This document shows positions 39,251 through 52,300 of a DNA stretch of 64,000 bases, one piece after another. Below the pieces are notes generated by a model that saw only the letters and a program-made list of their open reading frames with translations, was not told where the DNA came from and did no database searches. The stretch is from the NCBI GenBank assembly GCA_030704615.1, contig CM060734.1, forward strand, positions 47,120,001 through 47,184,000. The letters are read 5' to 3'. Both the position numbers and the translations under genes were made by a program. Position 1 is the first letter of the stretch. Every line of letters starts with the position of its first letter. This DNA comes from Takakia lepidozioides. Taxonomy: Eukaryota > Plantae > Bryophyta.

Positions 39251-42200
39251 ACATTTGGCAGACTTGTCCACCAGGGCACTCTTCAGAATGACATAAGGTA
39301 CAATTATTTCAGCTTTTGACAATGTCACCATGCAGCTCTTCCCCCTTTTCCAGGTCTGCCCAACACTCCCTTTGCATCCTCGACGCACCCGCATTTGGCA
39401 AACCTGTCCACCAGGGCACTATTCAGAACGTACAATTCCAGCTTTTGACAATGTCACCATGGGAGCACCATGGACCTCTTCTCCCTTTTCCAGGTCTGCC
39501 CAGCACTCCCTTTGCATCCTCTATGCACCCGCATTTTTGGCAGACCTGTCACCAAGGCACTATTCAGAATGACATGAGGTACAATTCCAGCTTTTGACAA
39601 TGTCACCATGGACCTCTTCCCCCTTTCCCAGGTCTGCCCAACACTCCCTTTGCATCAGGCCTGTCACCAGGGCACTGTTCAGAATGACATAAGGTACAAT
39701 TCCAGCTTTTGACAATGTCACCATGGACCTCTTCCCCCTTTTCCAGGTCTGTCCCACACTCCTTTTGCATCAGACCTCTCACCATGGCACTTTTCAGAAT
39801 GACATAAGGTACAATTCCAGCTTTTGACAATGTCACCATGGACCTCTTCCCCCTTTTCCAGGTCTGCCCAACACTCTCTTTGCATCCTCTATGCACCCGC
39901 ATTTGGCAGACCTGTCCACCAGGGCACTATTCAGAATGACATAAGTACAATTCCAGGTTTTAACAATGTCACCATGGACCTCTTCCCCGTTTTCCAGGTC
40001 TGCCCAACACTCTCTTTGCATCCTCTATGTACCCGCATTTGGCAGACCTGTCCACCAGGGCACTATTCATAATGACATAAGTACAATTCTAGCTTTTGAC
40101 AATGTCACCATGGACCTCTTCCTCCTTTTCCAAGTCTGCCCAACTGACAAGCCCTAGTCGCGCGCGGCCAGGGTGACGGCATACTAGCCTAGGGGGTCGT
40201 GGCAAGTTGCGGTGTAGGTTGGGCTCAACGAACCGCCTATCCGGTTGCGGTAAGTGCAGGGGTCCGTGGCAGCTATAGATGGATCTAAACAGTCTAACTT
40301 CCTACCGGCAAAGCAAAGCTTAACAACTCCACTTCACAGGGCGATTTGCGTTTCCTAGTCCTACGTTTTGTTTATGGGTTTTCTACGTCTTTAATCGTAA
40401 TTGCCTTCCAAAACTTTGTTTATTACTACTTCCTACATGCCTGGACTCTCAACACGCTTATAGCCGGGACGAACCTTCAAATCCCTTCACAAAACGAATC
40501 CCGAGCCCAGGGAGACGGGGATCATCTATCTCCCGCCCAATGTCCCCCACTAAACCCCGAGGTGGATTAGTTTCCTACCTCCTAGGAAGGGACCGGATCC
40601 GCTTTCCCAAGTCAGTCTCCCCTGCTTAGAGCGATCCAAGTTTCAACCTCAACGGTCAGTCCATCGGGTGAATGATAACAATTCAAACCTCTAGGTAATT
40701 CCCGAGATCTAATAAACAATGGCCGTTCCTTAGCCCAAGGCCTCCCCAGCGGCCGGGTATTTGCCTTCAAATATCATTGGCGGAAGGGGGCGATACCTCT
40801 AATTAAACTCCTGTTTTTAAGTTAAGGGGGTCCGGATAAAATCCCTTATTAAAGGCGAGTTACCCTGCTGAATAATAAAGAACAAATAATAAAAACCCTC
40901 CTACAAATGCATGAAATTCGTAGAAATAGAGAATCATCGTAGGATTCTGGAGCTAACTAAATTACCCTCAAGGTACCAGGGGAACGCCCTTCATGTCGGG
41001 AGCATTGGGGAACCGCTCTCTACTTGGGAGCGCCTCTCAATTCATATACGAAACCAATCAATAACGCATTAGCAACTTAAACAATCACCGGGCCAGGATT
41101 AATGAAATCTGCCGCCCATCAGTTTCTCATTTGATTGTCACCCGGGTGTGTAAACAATGATTAAACATTCAGTGGGTCCCAGGGTCCATTCCATGCGCCT
41201 CTTCCACCTACTTCCAATATAATCTGATTAATTTATGCAAGCAACCAGCCTAGAACGAAGTTGGAACATGTCATCTTCTACCTTGTGAAACCCCTACCAA
41301 GGATTCTCTCCTCCCTATCTCTAGGCTCTCTCTCTCTGCCTGTGGCATCCATCCGTGAGCCGTGCTTTCACAAGCCCCGGTATACATATCAAACTGATGG
41401 CCTCAATGGGGCCTATCCAATGGTACCAACCATTTCTTGTCCTTTGCTAAAACACGCCTTCATTCCCATGCAAGAAGAACACCATGAATAGTGCACAAGA
41501 TCGGAATGGTCGGCAGAGAGGTTGGGGCATAGGGAGAAACCCCCCCTTAAAATACCCGTATCAGGAACCAACAGTCCCTGGCGGGGTCCGTCGTAATATC
41601 CAGCGGTTAAAACCGATACCCCGCGGCCAGTGTTAAGTGGCGCGGCCTGACTGGCCCGCCGCCAGCACGGGTCCAATGGGTAATAGCAGGCTCCGTCGTC
41701 TTTGTCGCTCGTGTCGTACCTGCGCGGGCCCAGCTATGGCACCTGGTGCTGCCACGCAGTGTACCAGCAACCCGTACTTTGCTCCAGGGGTCAACTCCCC
41801 CCACGGGGGAAGGCCGCACCACCCGTGTTACATGCGCCTTTCCATGGCGATTCTAGGCAACCTCCTTGGTTGATCTCCAGCCTAGAGGCGCCTAAGGCGC
41901 ATGCACTTTAGTGTTGGGCTCTACCTTTTTTGGCAGCTCTCTACAAATAGCTTAACCACTTATAAAGCTAGTTAACACTGCCTCCCATGGTCCTCTATGG
42001 CCAGGGGGCTTATGAACATAGATATAAACTTAATAATATGGAAATTTTGGCAATAGCTTCGCCGTCTCATGCAATATGGCCGTTGCCACTAAGCTAGAAT
42101 GGGAAATTTGACAAGAGCTTCGCCACTTCATGCAATCTTGCCCTCTCCTTAAACATAATAATTGACATCTACCCTCACTTCCATGACGTAATTGGGTTAG

Positions 42201-44962
42201 ATTCCTAAGGCCCTGTCTCTGGGGCTTCACACCTGTGCTCTTCACACATGCACATAGATATGCATACACATCCTCTTTGAAAGAGGGTTAGTTTTTATAG
42301 ATTTCTAGCAAGCAATGTTGTAAGGTCCCTTCTTGGAACAAGCTTGAACAACAAATGAAACAAATGAATTCAAATGTCAAGATAATATGGTAAGTCACCC
42401 TCTGAAACAAGTGGTGCTTGGGATGCACTAAATCGCTTGGTAGAATGGTACTCAAATCTGGTCCTCCTCCATCACTCCTACTCGTCCTCAAGTCTCTCAC
42501 TTCATGGAGCGCTTCCTCTACTTTTTGCCTCAAATGGCCACAAGGCCTTGAGCTAGGACTATCTTGTTCTCACTATGTTTGCTTCTACTACTAGAGAGCC
42601 ACAAGCTCAACCCTCTAGGATCTAGCTCCCTCAAGCTCAAAACTAACTACACAAGCAAGAGGCCAAAACAAAGAAATGAGACTAGATGAAGAACAAGAGG
42701 AGCCTGCTCTTCTTTTATTGTGTTTATGGCCTCTTAAACTAGTGAAAGATAGTCTTAAACTATTATTTCCTACATGAGTCTATAATTTAAAAACGATAGA
42801 ACGCCATAAAATAATAACCATTGATGGAAAACCTTGGTGTTAATGATAAATCTGGTTTTTCATCCATCCAATGGATGACCAGTCGGCGCTAGGTTGTCTT
42901 CTCATCCATCCAGCTTGCAGGTCGAATTTCCAGTTTTCATCCATTGGATGAACTAGAATTCCATTTAATCGTCTTTCGCAACTGCCTCCGGCTTGATAAT
43001 TTGATGTCATCTTTCATCACCTCCAAAAATCCCCAAACTGGGTGAAAAATTATAATTAAATGCCCCGTAGCTGCCTGTAAAACCTCAAGGGAATCGAGGA
43101 GGAAAAGCCACCCCTTTGGTTGGTTTCCATGGTTTTGCCATATAGGCAGTCTGCCGCTTCCTGGCAGTAAAAATACTGGTGGTGCCCCCAGGGGGTCTTT
43201 GGCCCTGCCACTGGGTCACAGATCTTATGGAGTTCCCTCCTACATACTTTGCATCGCTAAGGAGTTCAAAACTTCGCCGGGAAGCTCCTTCACCCGTCGT
43301 TTGCTCCGATGCAGCACTTGCTTTGTCGCGATATTTCATCGTTATACATATTGTTTCCTCCAATTGCCAAGACTCCTCGTCGCGTGCTCCTACTGGACTT
43401 GAAAGGCGGGAGAATAGAGAGATCGCAATCCGGGACTGGAACAGTCGTCAAGTATTGTTTCGAACAGGTGCACGTTGTCGTTACTAGTATCGAATTGGCA
43501 GCCTAACTCGCTGTCGATGCAGCTCCCTACGGTCATTTTGACGCCAGAGCTCCTCCATGGTCATCTCAGACATAATCTAAATTCCTACGTGCTTTACCAG
43601 CAATTCCCAGATAACTCGCAAACAACCCTGCTTTGGCAGTACAATGCCTAAATTGTCTGCCTTAAGATCATAAACGATCTGAAAAGAAATTTGTACCAAT
43701 ATATACATCTACACCAACACTCTTTTTGCATCCTCGATGCACCTGCATTTGGCAGACCTGTCACTAGGGCACTATTCAGAATGAGATAAGGTACAATTCC
43801 AGCTTTTGACAATGTCACCATGGACCTCTTCTCCATTTCCCAGGTCTGTCCAACACTCCCTTTGCGTCAGACTTGTCACCCGGGCACTGTTCAGAATGAC
43901 ATAAGGTACAATTCCAGCTTTTGACAATGTCACCATGGACCTCTTCCCCCTTTTCCAGGTCTGCCCCACACTCCCTTTGCATCCTCTACGCACCCGCATT
44001 TCGCAGATCTGTCCACCAGGTTCTTGTTCAGAATGACATAAGGTACAATTCCAGGTTTTGACAATGTCACCATGGACCTCTTCCCCCTTTTCCAGGTCTG
44101 CCCAACACTCTCTTTGCATCGTCTATGCACACGCATTTGGCAGACCTGTCCACCAGGGCACTATTCAGAATGACATAAGTACAATTCTAGCTTTTGACAA
44201 TGTCACCATGGACCTCTTCCCCCTTGTCCAAGTCTGACCCACACTCCCTTTGCATCCTCTACGCACCCGCATTTGGCAGACCTGTCCACCAGGACACTGT
44301 TCAGAATGACATAAGGCACAATTCCAGCTTTTGACACTATCACCTCTTCCCCCTTGTCCAAGTCTGCCCCACACTCCCTTTGCATCCTCTACGCACCCGC
44401 ATTTGGCAGACCTGTCCGCCAAGGCACTGTTCAGAATGTCATAAGGTACAATTCCAGCTTTTGACAATGTCACCATGGACCTCTTCCCCCTTTTCCAGGT
44501 CTGCCCCACACTCCCTTTGCATCCTCTATGCACCCGTATTTTACAGACCTGTCCACCAGGGCACTGTTCAGAATGAAGCACCTCTTCCCCCTTTTCCAGG
44601 CCTGCCCCACACTCCCTTTGCATCCTCTACACACCCGCATTTGGCAAACCTGTCCACCAGGGCACTGTTCAGAATGAAGCACCTCTTCCCCCTTTTCCAG
44701 GCCTACCCCACACTCCCTTTGCATCCTCTACACACCCGCATTTGGCAAACCTGTCCACCAGGGCACTGTTCAGAATGTCTAAGGTACAATTCCAGCTTTT
44801 GACAATGTCACCATGGACCTTTTCCCCCTTTTCCATATTGTTGAACACTGCCTTTGCATCCTCCACATTTGACATACATGTCCACCAGGGCAGTCTTCGG
44901 AATGACACATGATACAATTCCAGCTTTCATGATTCACCATGGACCTCTTTCCCCTTTTCCAG
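39250..44962 (-). repeat. PPR-derived tandem array (~18 units, mostly 136/137 or 115 bp), split by a solo LTR
   Basis: The marker TCACCATGGACCTC occurs at 39603, 39718, 39833, 39969, 40105, 43815, 43930, 44067, 44203, 44470 and elsewhere. A unit translates to EKGEEVHGDIVK/AGIVPYVILNSALVDRSAKCGCIEDAKGV. Confidence 0.9.
40145..43713. mobile_element. 3.57-kb solo LTR or non-coding LTR element
   Basis: Starts TGACA and ends TACA, with a 5-bp TSD CCAAC at 40140-40144 and 43714-43718. No recognisable ORFs. Removing it restores the 136-bp period of the host array. Confidence 0.8.
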
Positions 44963-45062
44963 AAAGAGGCTCTACAGACTTTAAACCAAGGAGCATTTCA
45001 ACAGATTCAGATATGTATGTCTGTCTCTTGCTTAAGTGCATCAAGATGAAAGGTCTGGAAGC
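44963..45062 (+). pseudogene. N-terminal fragment of a PLS PPR gene
   Basis: KEALQTLNQG/ISTDSDMYVCLLLKCIKMKGLEA resembles the first L-type motif of bryophyte PLS-DYW proteins. Confidence 0.55.
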
Positions 45063-45064
45063 TA

Positions 45065-46158
45065 GATGTCGGCGTGATGCCTTTGATAGAGCTGGCACAG
45101 CTGTAGTGCCCATGGTAAATCCCATTGCCCGCTCTCACTCATCTGCATTGGGCTCCACCAATTGCTGTAGCACACTGTCCCAAATCAGCCCAGGACCATT
45201 GTCTCGAAAAGCATGAGACGAGGGAAAGCTCATGAGCGTAGGCAAGGCCGCATGTGGCTGCCCCACTCGATTTACCACTGCTAGAGGTGGACGGTCATCA
45301 TGTCGCACCCTCTGTGGTTGCCTCCCTTGGTCCAAAATGCCCTCAGCTGTGAAATTGGGTGGCCGTTGAATAGAATCGTATGCTCTCTTGAGCAGCTCTG
45401 GTGTTGCAAGATTAGTCCACCACAATCGAGGTCAATGCGCTCGTGATCCCACCGCTGCTGCATCCAATAGCACCGCCGATCCAATCCAAGACCGCACCTG
45501 ATGCACACTGGCCATCACCCTGGCCCGAGAGTCCCCCATAAGAGGAACATTCTCCAAGATATAGGCTAGAGGTTGCACTTGCCTTGTCTGCAAGTCACGC
45601 AACACTCTCAATATCTCCCAAAACAAATGCGATCGTGCATCATGCAAGCCGTTCCCATGACCTGCGGGAGATGTGTCCTTGGCAAGGCCATCCAGCTATC
45701 ACCAAGTCAATGGCACCATGCCGGTCCAAATCATCCGCCCCCAACAAGGTAATGTTTGCTGGCAAGGCCTTTTGATACCCTTGAATTGTTGAGAGAGGCA
45801 ACAACTCAGGGTACCGGTGTGTGAGCAAGGCGATGTGGCGCATAGAAATACGCCGAGCTATCTTATCCTTCTCCACATATAAGTACTTGCGTACTTTAAT
45901 CCCTGTACTCATGCCTCCAAACAGGTCTAGCAAACAAATCCCTGAGTCAGGTGGTTGCCAAGTAATGGGCACTGTATCCAAAGGAGCTAACTGAGGAAGT
46001 CCAGGTGATGTCACTGAACTCCCCTCACTCACCAATGGATATGCCTCCTGCCATGCTTGGTGCACACACTCGCCTGCTATTCGATGCAAATTCCTAACTG
46101 TAACCCACAGTGGAATATGAACATACACATGAGGAAACAAATCAGCCTTGTATGCCAA
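45065..46158 (-). pseudogene. DNMT3-like C5 cytosine methyltransferase domain within the retroelement
   Basis: Motifs in canonical order: I LLDLFGGMSTG, II YVEKD, IV DLVIAGWPCQG, V DARSHLFWEILRVL, VI YILENV, VIII AH*PRLWWTNL, IX E*ERAMGF. One frameshift after PCQG and two TGA stops; cut before motif X. Confidence 0.88.
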
Positions 46159-46319
46159 TTGTTTGTCCTCATCATGTTCCTATGATCCACCGCTACATTC
46201 CCATAAAACCGCACTGGGAGCAGTGCACGTCGACCATCCCCTGATTGCCATTCCAGCCTGTAGGATGCCGTTTCCTCCCAAAAATCCAAAGTAAATCCCA
46301 TCGGGTATAATACAGCCCC

Positions 46320-49300
46320 TGTCGCGGCCCTTTGCCTTGAGAGCAGGGGGTCGGGACACATGAGGGGCTGCCCTGTGGTGGGGCAGCGGCAGCGATAGGT
46401 ATGGGGGGCTGAAGCACCCTTGAGTGCCCAAGGCACCCAAGGAGGCGGAGGCGCTCACTAGGTGGAGCCCCGCACACCGGGTTGCGGTGGAGGTGGCCAC
46501 AAGGGGTGGTGGTAGCTTAGTGGGACTTAGTGGGGGGTGGCATAGGACTCACCATGGGGTGGAGACCTCGAGGTGGGAGTCGTGGGGAGTCTTGGGACTC
46601 ATCACGGTCCATTGGGGCCGCGTGGAGTGGGCCAAGACTCACCGCGACTCACCACCGGGAGTCGAGGGTTTTCGTGGTGGTTCGCCATAAAATGGCATGG
46701 CTGGTTATGAAACCCCCGCGGACAGCTACAGAAGTATATATAGGGAGTAGTAACCCCGAGAACGGTGCAAGCCCGTTGGTGACCAAAAACTAGTGAGTAA
46801 GCGAGCGAGCCGGAAAGCGACCAAAGAGTGGGGAGCTGTTCCGGACTGCCATCTACCAAAGGGAATTCTCCTAGTCCCAAATAGGTGGAGGGTTTAGAGG
46901 GAAGCGGAAGGGGACCGTTATGTCCCGGTGAGCAGCCGAAACTCCAAGTTGGCCCGGCGGCCAGGTTGGGAGTCAGGCGCGCGCATCAAAGCGAGTAACT
47001 ATGACTTGAAGGGGAGTTTACCGAACTGAGGTGTGCGACACTTGGTATCAGAGCTTAGAGTTCAGTACGCGATCGTCCTTGGGATTGGCCTCATCATGGG
47101 TCGGGCAAGCCGAAGCGAAAGCGGAACGGCCCAAAAGATGATGATCCCGGTGAGCCCGATGGGGGCGACGTGTCACCGAGGCGGCCGTTTGAGGAAGCGA
47201 TTAATGTTTCCGAAAACGAGGCCGCTCAGGAGCGGGAGGAATCCGAGGAGTCGGAGCCCGAGGAATCTTTGAGAGCTCCGACAAACCAAGAGATGCCTCC
47301 CATGCCGGCAGCCTTTTGGGAAGGGTTGTTGGCGCAGTTTGGCGGGACGTTGAAAGACGTGTTGAAGGCGGCTAATGCCACTCCACCAAGGCAAAGTTAA
47401 GGTGAAGCCTAAGGAACCCGGCACCTTCGAGGGCGTTCGAAACCGGAAGGCACTCAACACCTGGCTCCTGGAGCTAGAGCAGTACTTCCGGCGGCCAAGT
47501 TGAGTGACGAGGATCGGGTGAAGTGGCTCCCACCTATTTTGAGGGCTATGCTCAACAATGGTGGCAGAAACGCCTTCACGACCGAAGCCCAAGCCCGGAA
47601 ACCTTGAACTGGAGTGAGTTCAAGGCATTGATGAAGAGACCGTTTGTGCCCCTCAACGCATCCTGGTTGCCCGCGGACAAGATGAGGAATTTGAAGCAAA
47701 CAGATGACAGTATTCGGGGGTATGTCCAGGCTTTCAATGTGCTGTTGCTCGAAGTCGCGGACATGGCAGAACCAGAAATGGTCTTCAACTTTGTGGCGGG
47801 ACTGGCCCCATGGGCTAGGCGGAAGTTGGAGGAGAAGCCACCCAAGACTTTGAACGAGGCAATTGAGAGAGCTGAATGTTTCTCGGATGTCCCTAGGGGT
47901 GAGAGACAAGGCCGTACGGAGCTGAACCACAAGAAGACCCGGCGGGAAGGTGACTCCTCCCGACCGGAAAAGAAGTGGGATAGGCCACGCGGCGAAAATG
48001 GCACGTGGAAATCGAAGGGAGGCCTTCACACGTCAAGGCGGCACCCGGTGCTTCGAAAGGAAAAGCGGGGGGAGCGACTTATGGCGGACAGAAGGCGACC
48101 TTTGATGGAGTGTGTTTCAATTGCGGGGAGCCCGGGCACATGGCCAAGAAGTGCACGAAGCCCCGGCAATTGAACATGACTCGGGCGACCACGGAGCTGT
48201 CGGAAGATACCATCAGTCGCTTGGTGGAAGCGGTGGTCGCCAGGACTTGCAAGGTAGGCAAATTTTCTTGTGAGTTGTATCAGGAAACTGGCGCCTTACG
48301 AAAAGGGAGTCAGTTATTGTTCGTGGATGGGATAATATCCGGAACTAATGTGTCGTTGTTGGTGGACACAGGAGCGTCGCACTCCTTCATGACGCCGGCG
48401 GCGGCGCGAAAGTTGGGACTCCCGACAAGTGACGTGGGGGCCTCTATTGAGGTGCGCTCTGCCAAAGGAGAACCTCAGTTGGCGACAAGGTTGGCGTTTG
48501 ATGTTCCTTCAACTGGGGAGTTGGGAGGGACGTGAGAACTTCACATCTGCGAGATCGATGGAGTGGATCTCATTTTGGGAATGACCTTTTTGAGCAAATC
48601 CGGAGCGGTCATAGATGGCCGCAAGAGAGTAGTCACGCTGCCATGTGGGAATGGTGGCGAGGTTTTACGAGTGTCGGAAACGCCCAAATCCGTGGGAGGG
48701 CGAATAAACCTTCTGTCAGCAAAGGAGTGGGCCGTGGAGGAGGACACACGAGTCCCAGTTTTTGCTTTACATTAGAGAAGTGAAAGGAGAAGGCGATGGG
48801 AGCCGAGCCCAGATTGGATCAAGGGGATTTTGGAGAAATACCAGGATGTGATGCCGGAGGATTTACCAAGCGGCTTGCCACCGCGAAGAGGAGTTGACCA
48901 CAAAATTGAGGTGATACCGGGATCGGAACCGCCTGCCAAGGCGCCCTACCGGTTGAGCCACAAAGAGTTGGTCGAGCTGAAGACTCAGCTCAAAGATCTA
49001 ATGTCAAAGGGGTACATCCGGCCGAGTAAGTCACCTTACGGAGCCCCGGTGCTATTTGCAGACAAGAAGGATGGGACGCTGCGGATGTGTGTCGATTACA
49101 GGGCTCTGAATAAGGTGACTATCAAAAACCGGTACCCTTTGCCAAGGATCGACGACCTTTTCGATCGGTTGGCAGGAGCGAAGTATTTCAGCCGGATCGA
49201 CTTGCGCTCCGGCTATCACCAAATTCGGGTGGCGGAAGGAGATGAGGAGAAGACCGCGTGCAGGACAAGGTATGGTTCATATGAGTTCTTGGTGATGCCT

Positions 49301-52300
49301 TTTGGGCTCACCAATGCACCAGCGACATTTAGCACGCTGATGAACAGCCTTTTCCAGGAGTGGTTGGATGACTTTGTGATCGTGTACATCGACGACATCT
49401 TGGTGTACTCGAAAACAAAGGAGGAGCACCTGGAGCACCTCAAAAGGGTGTTCCAAAAATTGCGAGAAGGGAAGCTGTATGCCAAAGCTTCAAAGTGCGA
49501 ATTCGGGGTCACAAAAGTGGAGTTCTTGGGGCACGTGATTACACAGGATGGGATCAAAATGGATGACAGAAAGGTGAGGGCGATCTTGGACTGGGAGCCT
49601 CCGACTTCGGTCCCGGGAGTGCGATCCTTCCTAGGACTCGCCTCCTACCGGAAGTATGTGAGAAATTTCGCCAAGATCGCGGGGCCGCTGTCGGACCTTC
49701 TGTGTAAATCCAAAGTCTGGGTATGGAACACATTTTGTGGCCAAGCTTTTGCTGAATTGAAGCAGCGGATGACGGAAGCTCCAGTCTTAAAAATCCCGGA
49801 GTTCGATCGTCCGTTTGAGATTCATACAGATGCATCGGACTTCGCAATGGGGGTGTACTTATGCAAGATGGACGTCCAGTGGCTTACGAAAGTAAGAAAC
49901 TGAATGAAGTGGAGCGACGGTGGCCGACGCACGAAAAGAGATGAAGGCGGTGGTACATTGCCTTGAACTCTGGCCACTATGTTGGTTCCAACCCAGTGAA
50001 GGTGTTCACGGACAATGTCACGGTGAAGTATTTTGCCACGCAGCCCAAGTTGTCCCCAAAACAACTTAGGTGGCAAGATACTTTGGCAGTGTTCGACGTG
50101 GATATCCAGTAAAAACCGGGACGGGACAATGTGGTGGCCGATGCTTTAAGTAGAAAGCAGCAGCTCTTGTTGGTGTACAAGGGCGAGACGGCGCTCCAAA
50201 GGAAGATCCGGAAGGCTTGCCGGAAGGATGAGCTGGCAAAGTGCGTGATGCAGAACTTGAGAATGGGGGTTAAATCGCAGTTCCACTTGCAAAACGGACT
50301 GCTCCGGTATAAGCAAAAACGTCTCTATGTGCCAAAGGGAGGGATCAGGGATAGTCTCTTGAGAGAATGCCATGATAGCCCGCTTGCGGGCCACGGTGGA
50401 GCCAAGCGCACTGCGGCACTCTTGAAGAAAGAGTATTTCTGGCCCAAACTGAGGGAGGAGGCAGAGGAGTATGTAAGACATGCACCACATGCCAACAAAA
50501 CCGGAGCGAGTATAAAAAGCAAGCGGGGCTGTTACAACCCTTGCCGATTCCAGAGGGGACTTGGGAAAGCGTCTCGATGGATTTCATGACTGCTATGCCG
50601 CTGTCAAAAGGATTCGATGCAATCATGGTGGTGGTAGATAGGTTCAGTAAAATGGCCCATTTCATCCCCACCAAGGAGACGGCAACTGCGCAGGAGACAG
50701 GGCGACTTTACTTCGCCCACGTCTTAAAGCATCATGGAGTCCCGAAGGATATTGTCTCGGACGCGATCCAAAGTTTACGAGTAAATTCTGGAGAGCACTT
50801 TGGAAGAAGATGGGGACGAGGCTGAAGATGAGCACCGCCTTCCGACCTACGACGGACGGCCAAACGGAAAGAGTGAATTCCGTAGTGAAGCAATTCTTGC
50901 GGAATTACGTGTCGGCAGACCAATCAGACTGGATGGAACACTTAGACGCGGCAGAGTTCTGTTATAATAACACAGAACACTCCGCGACGGGAGTTTCCCC
51001 TTTGTGTTGGTCTATGGAAAAGCACCTCTGGGTGCCGACAAGTTGGGCCGCCCAGGACGTTGAGGAACCGCAGTAGCGGCGGTACTGGAAGAACGCGAGC
51101 GTTTGTTGAAGCTCGCAAAGTACAACATTGCCAAAGCTAGGAAACGGTATGAAAGGCAGGCGAATCGGAAGCGGAGGGAAGTGAAGTTTGAGGCAGGCAC
51201 AGAGGTCTGGTTGAACATCAAGAATTTTCGACTACCTCCGGAAATGAGTCCGAAGTTCGTACCTCCGTATGCGGGTCCCTTTCGCATTCGGAGGGTTATG
51301 AATGAGGATGTGTATGAATTGGAGCTGCCAGCAAACAGCAAGGTGCACCCAGTATTCCATGTCTCCCTTTTGAAGCCTTACTTCAAAGATGAAGCACGTC
51401 CGAATCGGCAGCAAGTGTTGCGTCCGCCACCTATGCTGTTGGATCATGAAAATGAACCCGAGTACGAGGTGGAGGCATACTTAAGTCGAGGAGGTTCAAG
51501 AACCGAGAAACGGAGTATCTCGTCAAATGGAAGGGCTATCATCTTGTGGAGGCATCTTGGGTGCGTGCCTCAGAAATGGGAAACGCATCCGAGGCAGTTG
51601 CAGCGTTCGAAGGGCGACCTCAAAAGCGGAAGAAGCGTTGATGGGGACATCAACCTTGGAGCGTGGGGGAGGAAATGCATGCTTAGCCCGGTTTAGCTAG
51701 CTCAGGAATCCGATTGCAAAAACTTGTATTGTACAAAAATTTGTATAAAGGAAATGGGTTCCAAATATTGTGCGTCCTATTGTGTTTGGAATGGTGATGC
51801 ATGGTGTGGTTGGCTGGTGTGTAGAATGCATGCTAGCTTACAAAAGTGGGAGAGGTAAATTGGGTTAATCGTGTGTTTGCGCAGTGCCGAAATCGGGTGA
51901 CTCCCATCCAAGGGGCAAGGAAACTTGCGCCTTATTTGGGAGTTCAAGTGCTAGTGCGCACCTGGCGCGTGCGCGTACTATAACTGCGCTACCGAGGGGG
52001 TTGCCTTGTAGTGCGGGCTAACGCGGAAGCTACGTGCTTCCGTTCACGTACTATAATCGTGTAGCCTCGGGACGAAGTCGTAGTGCGGCTTCGGCGTGTT
52101 CCCGTACCTCAGGCCAGCATTCCAAGGCGGACCCAATTGTAGTGATTGGGGCGCACGGTTGGTTCAAGGTTATCTTCCTAGTCAAAGAGGGTTCCAGGTG
52201 AACCCTTGCTCAAGGTGATGCCAAAAGCGGCATCATGAGCGATCGCAAGCAATGTTGTTGCAGTAAGGCGATTCGATCCTCGGGGAGGATCGTTCCTTGG

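Noticed and set aside
39250-44962. CRISPR-like repeat array
   Set aside because: Units are contiguous PPR-derived repeats without unique spacers, in a eukaryotic context with no cas genes.
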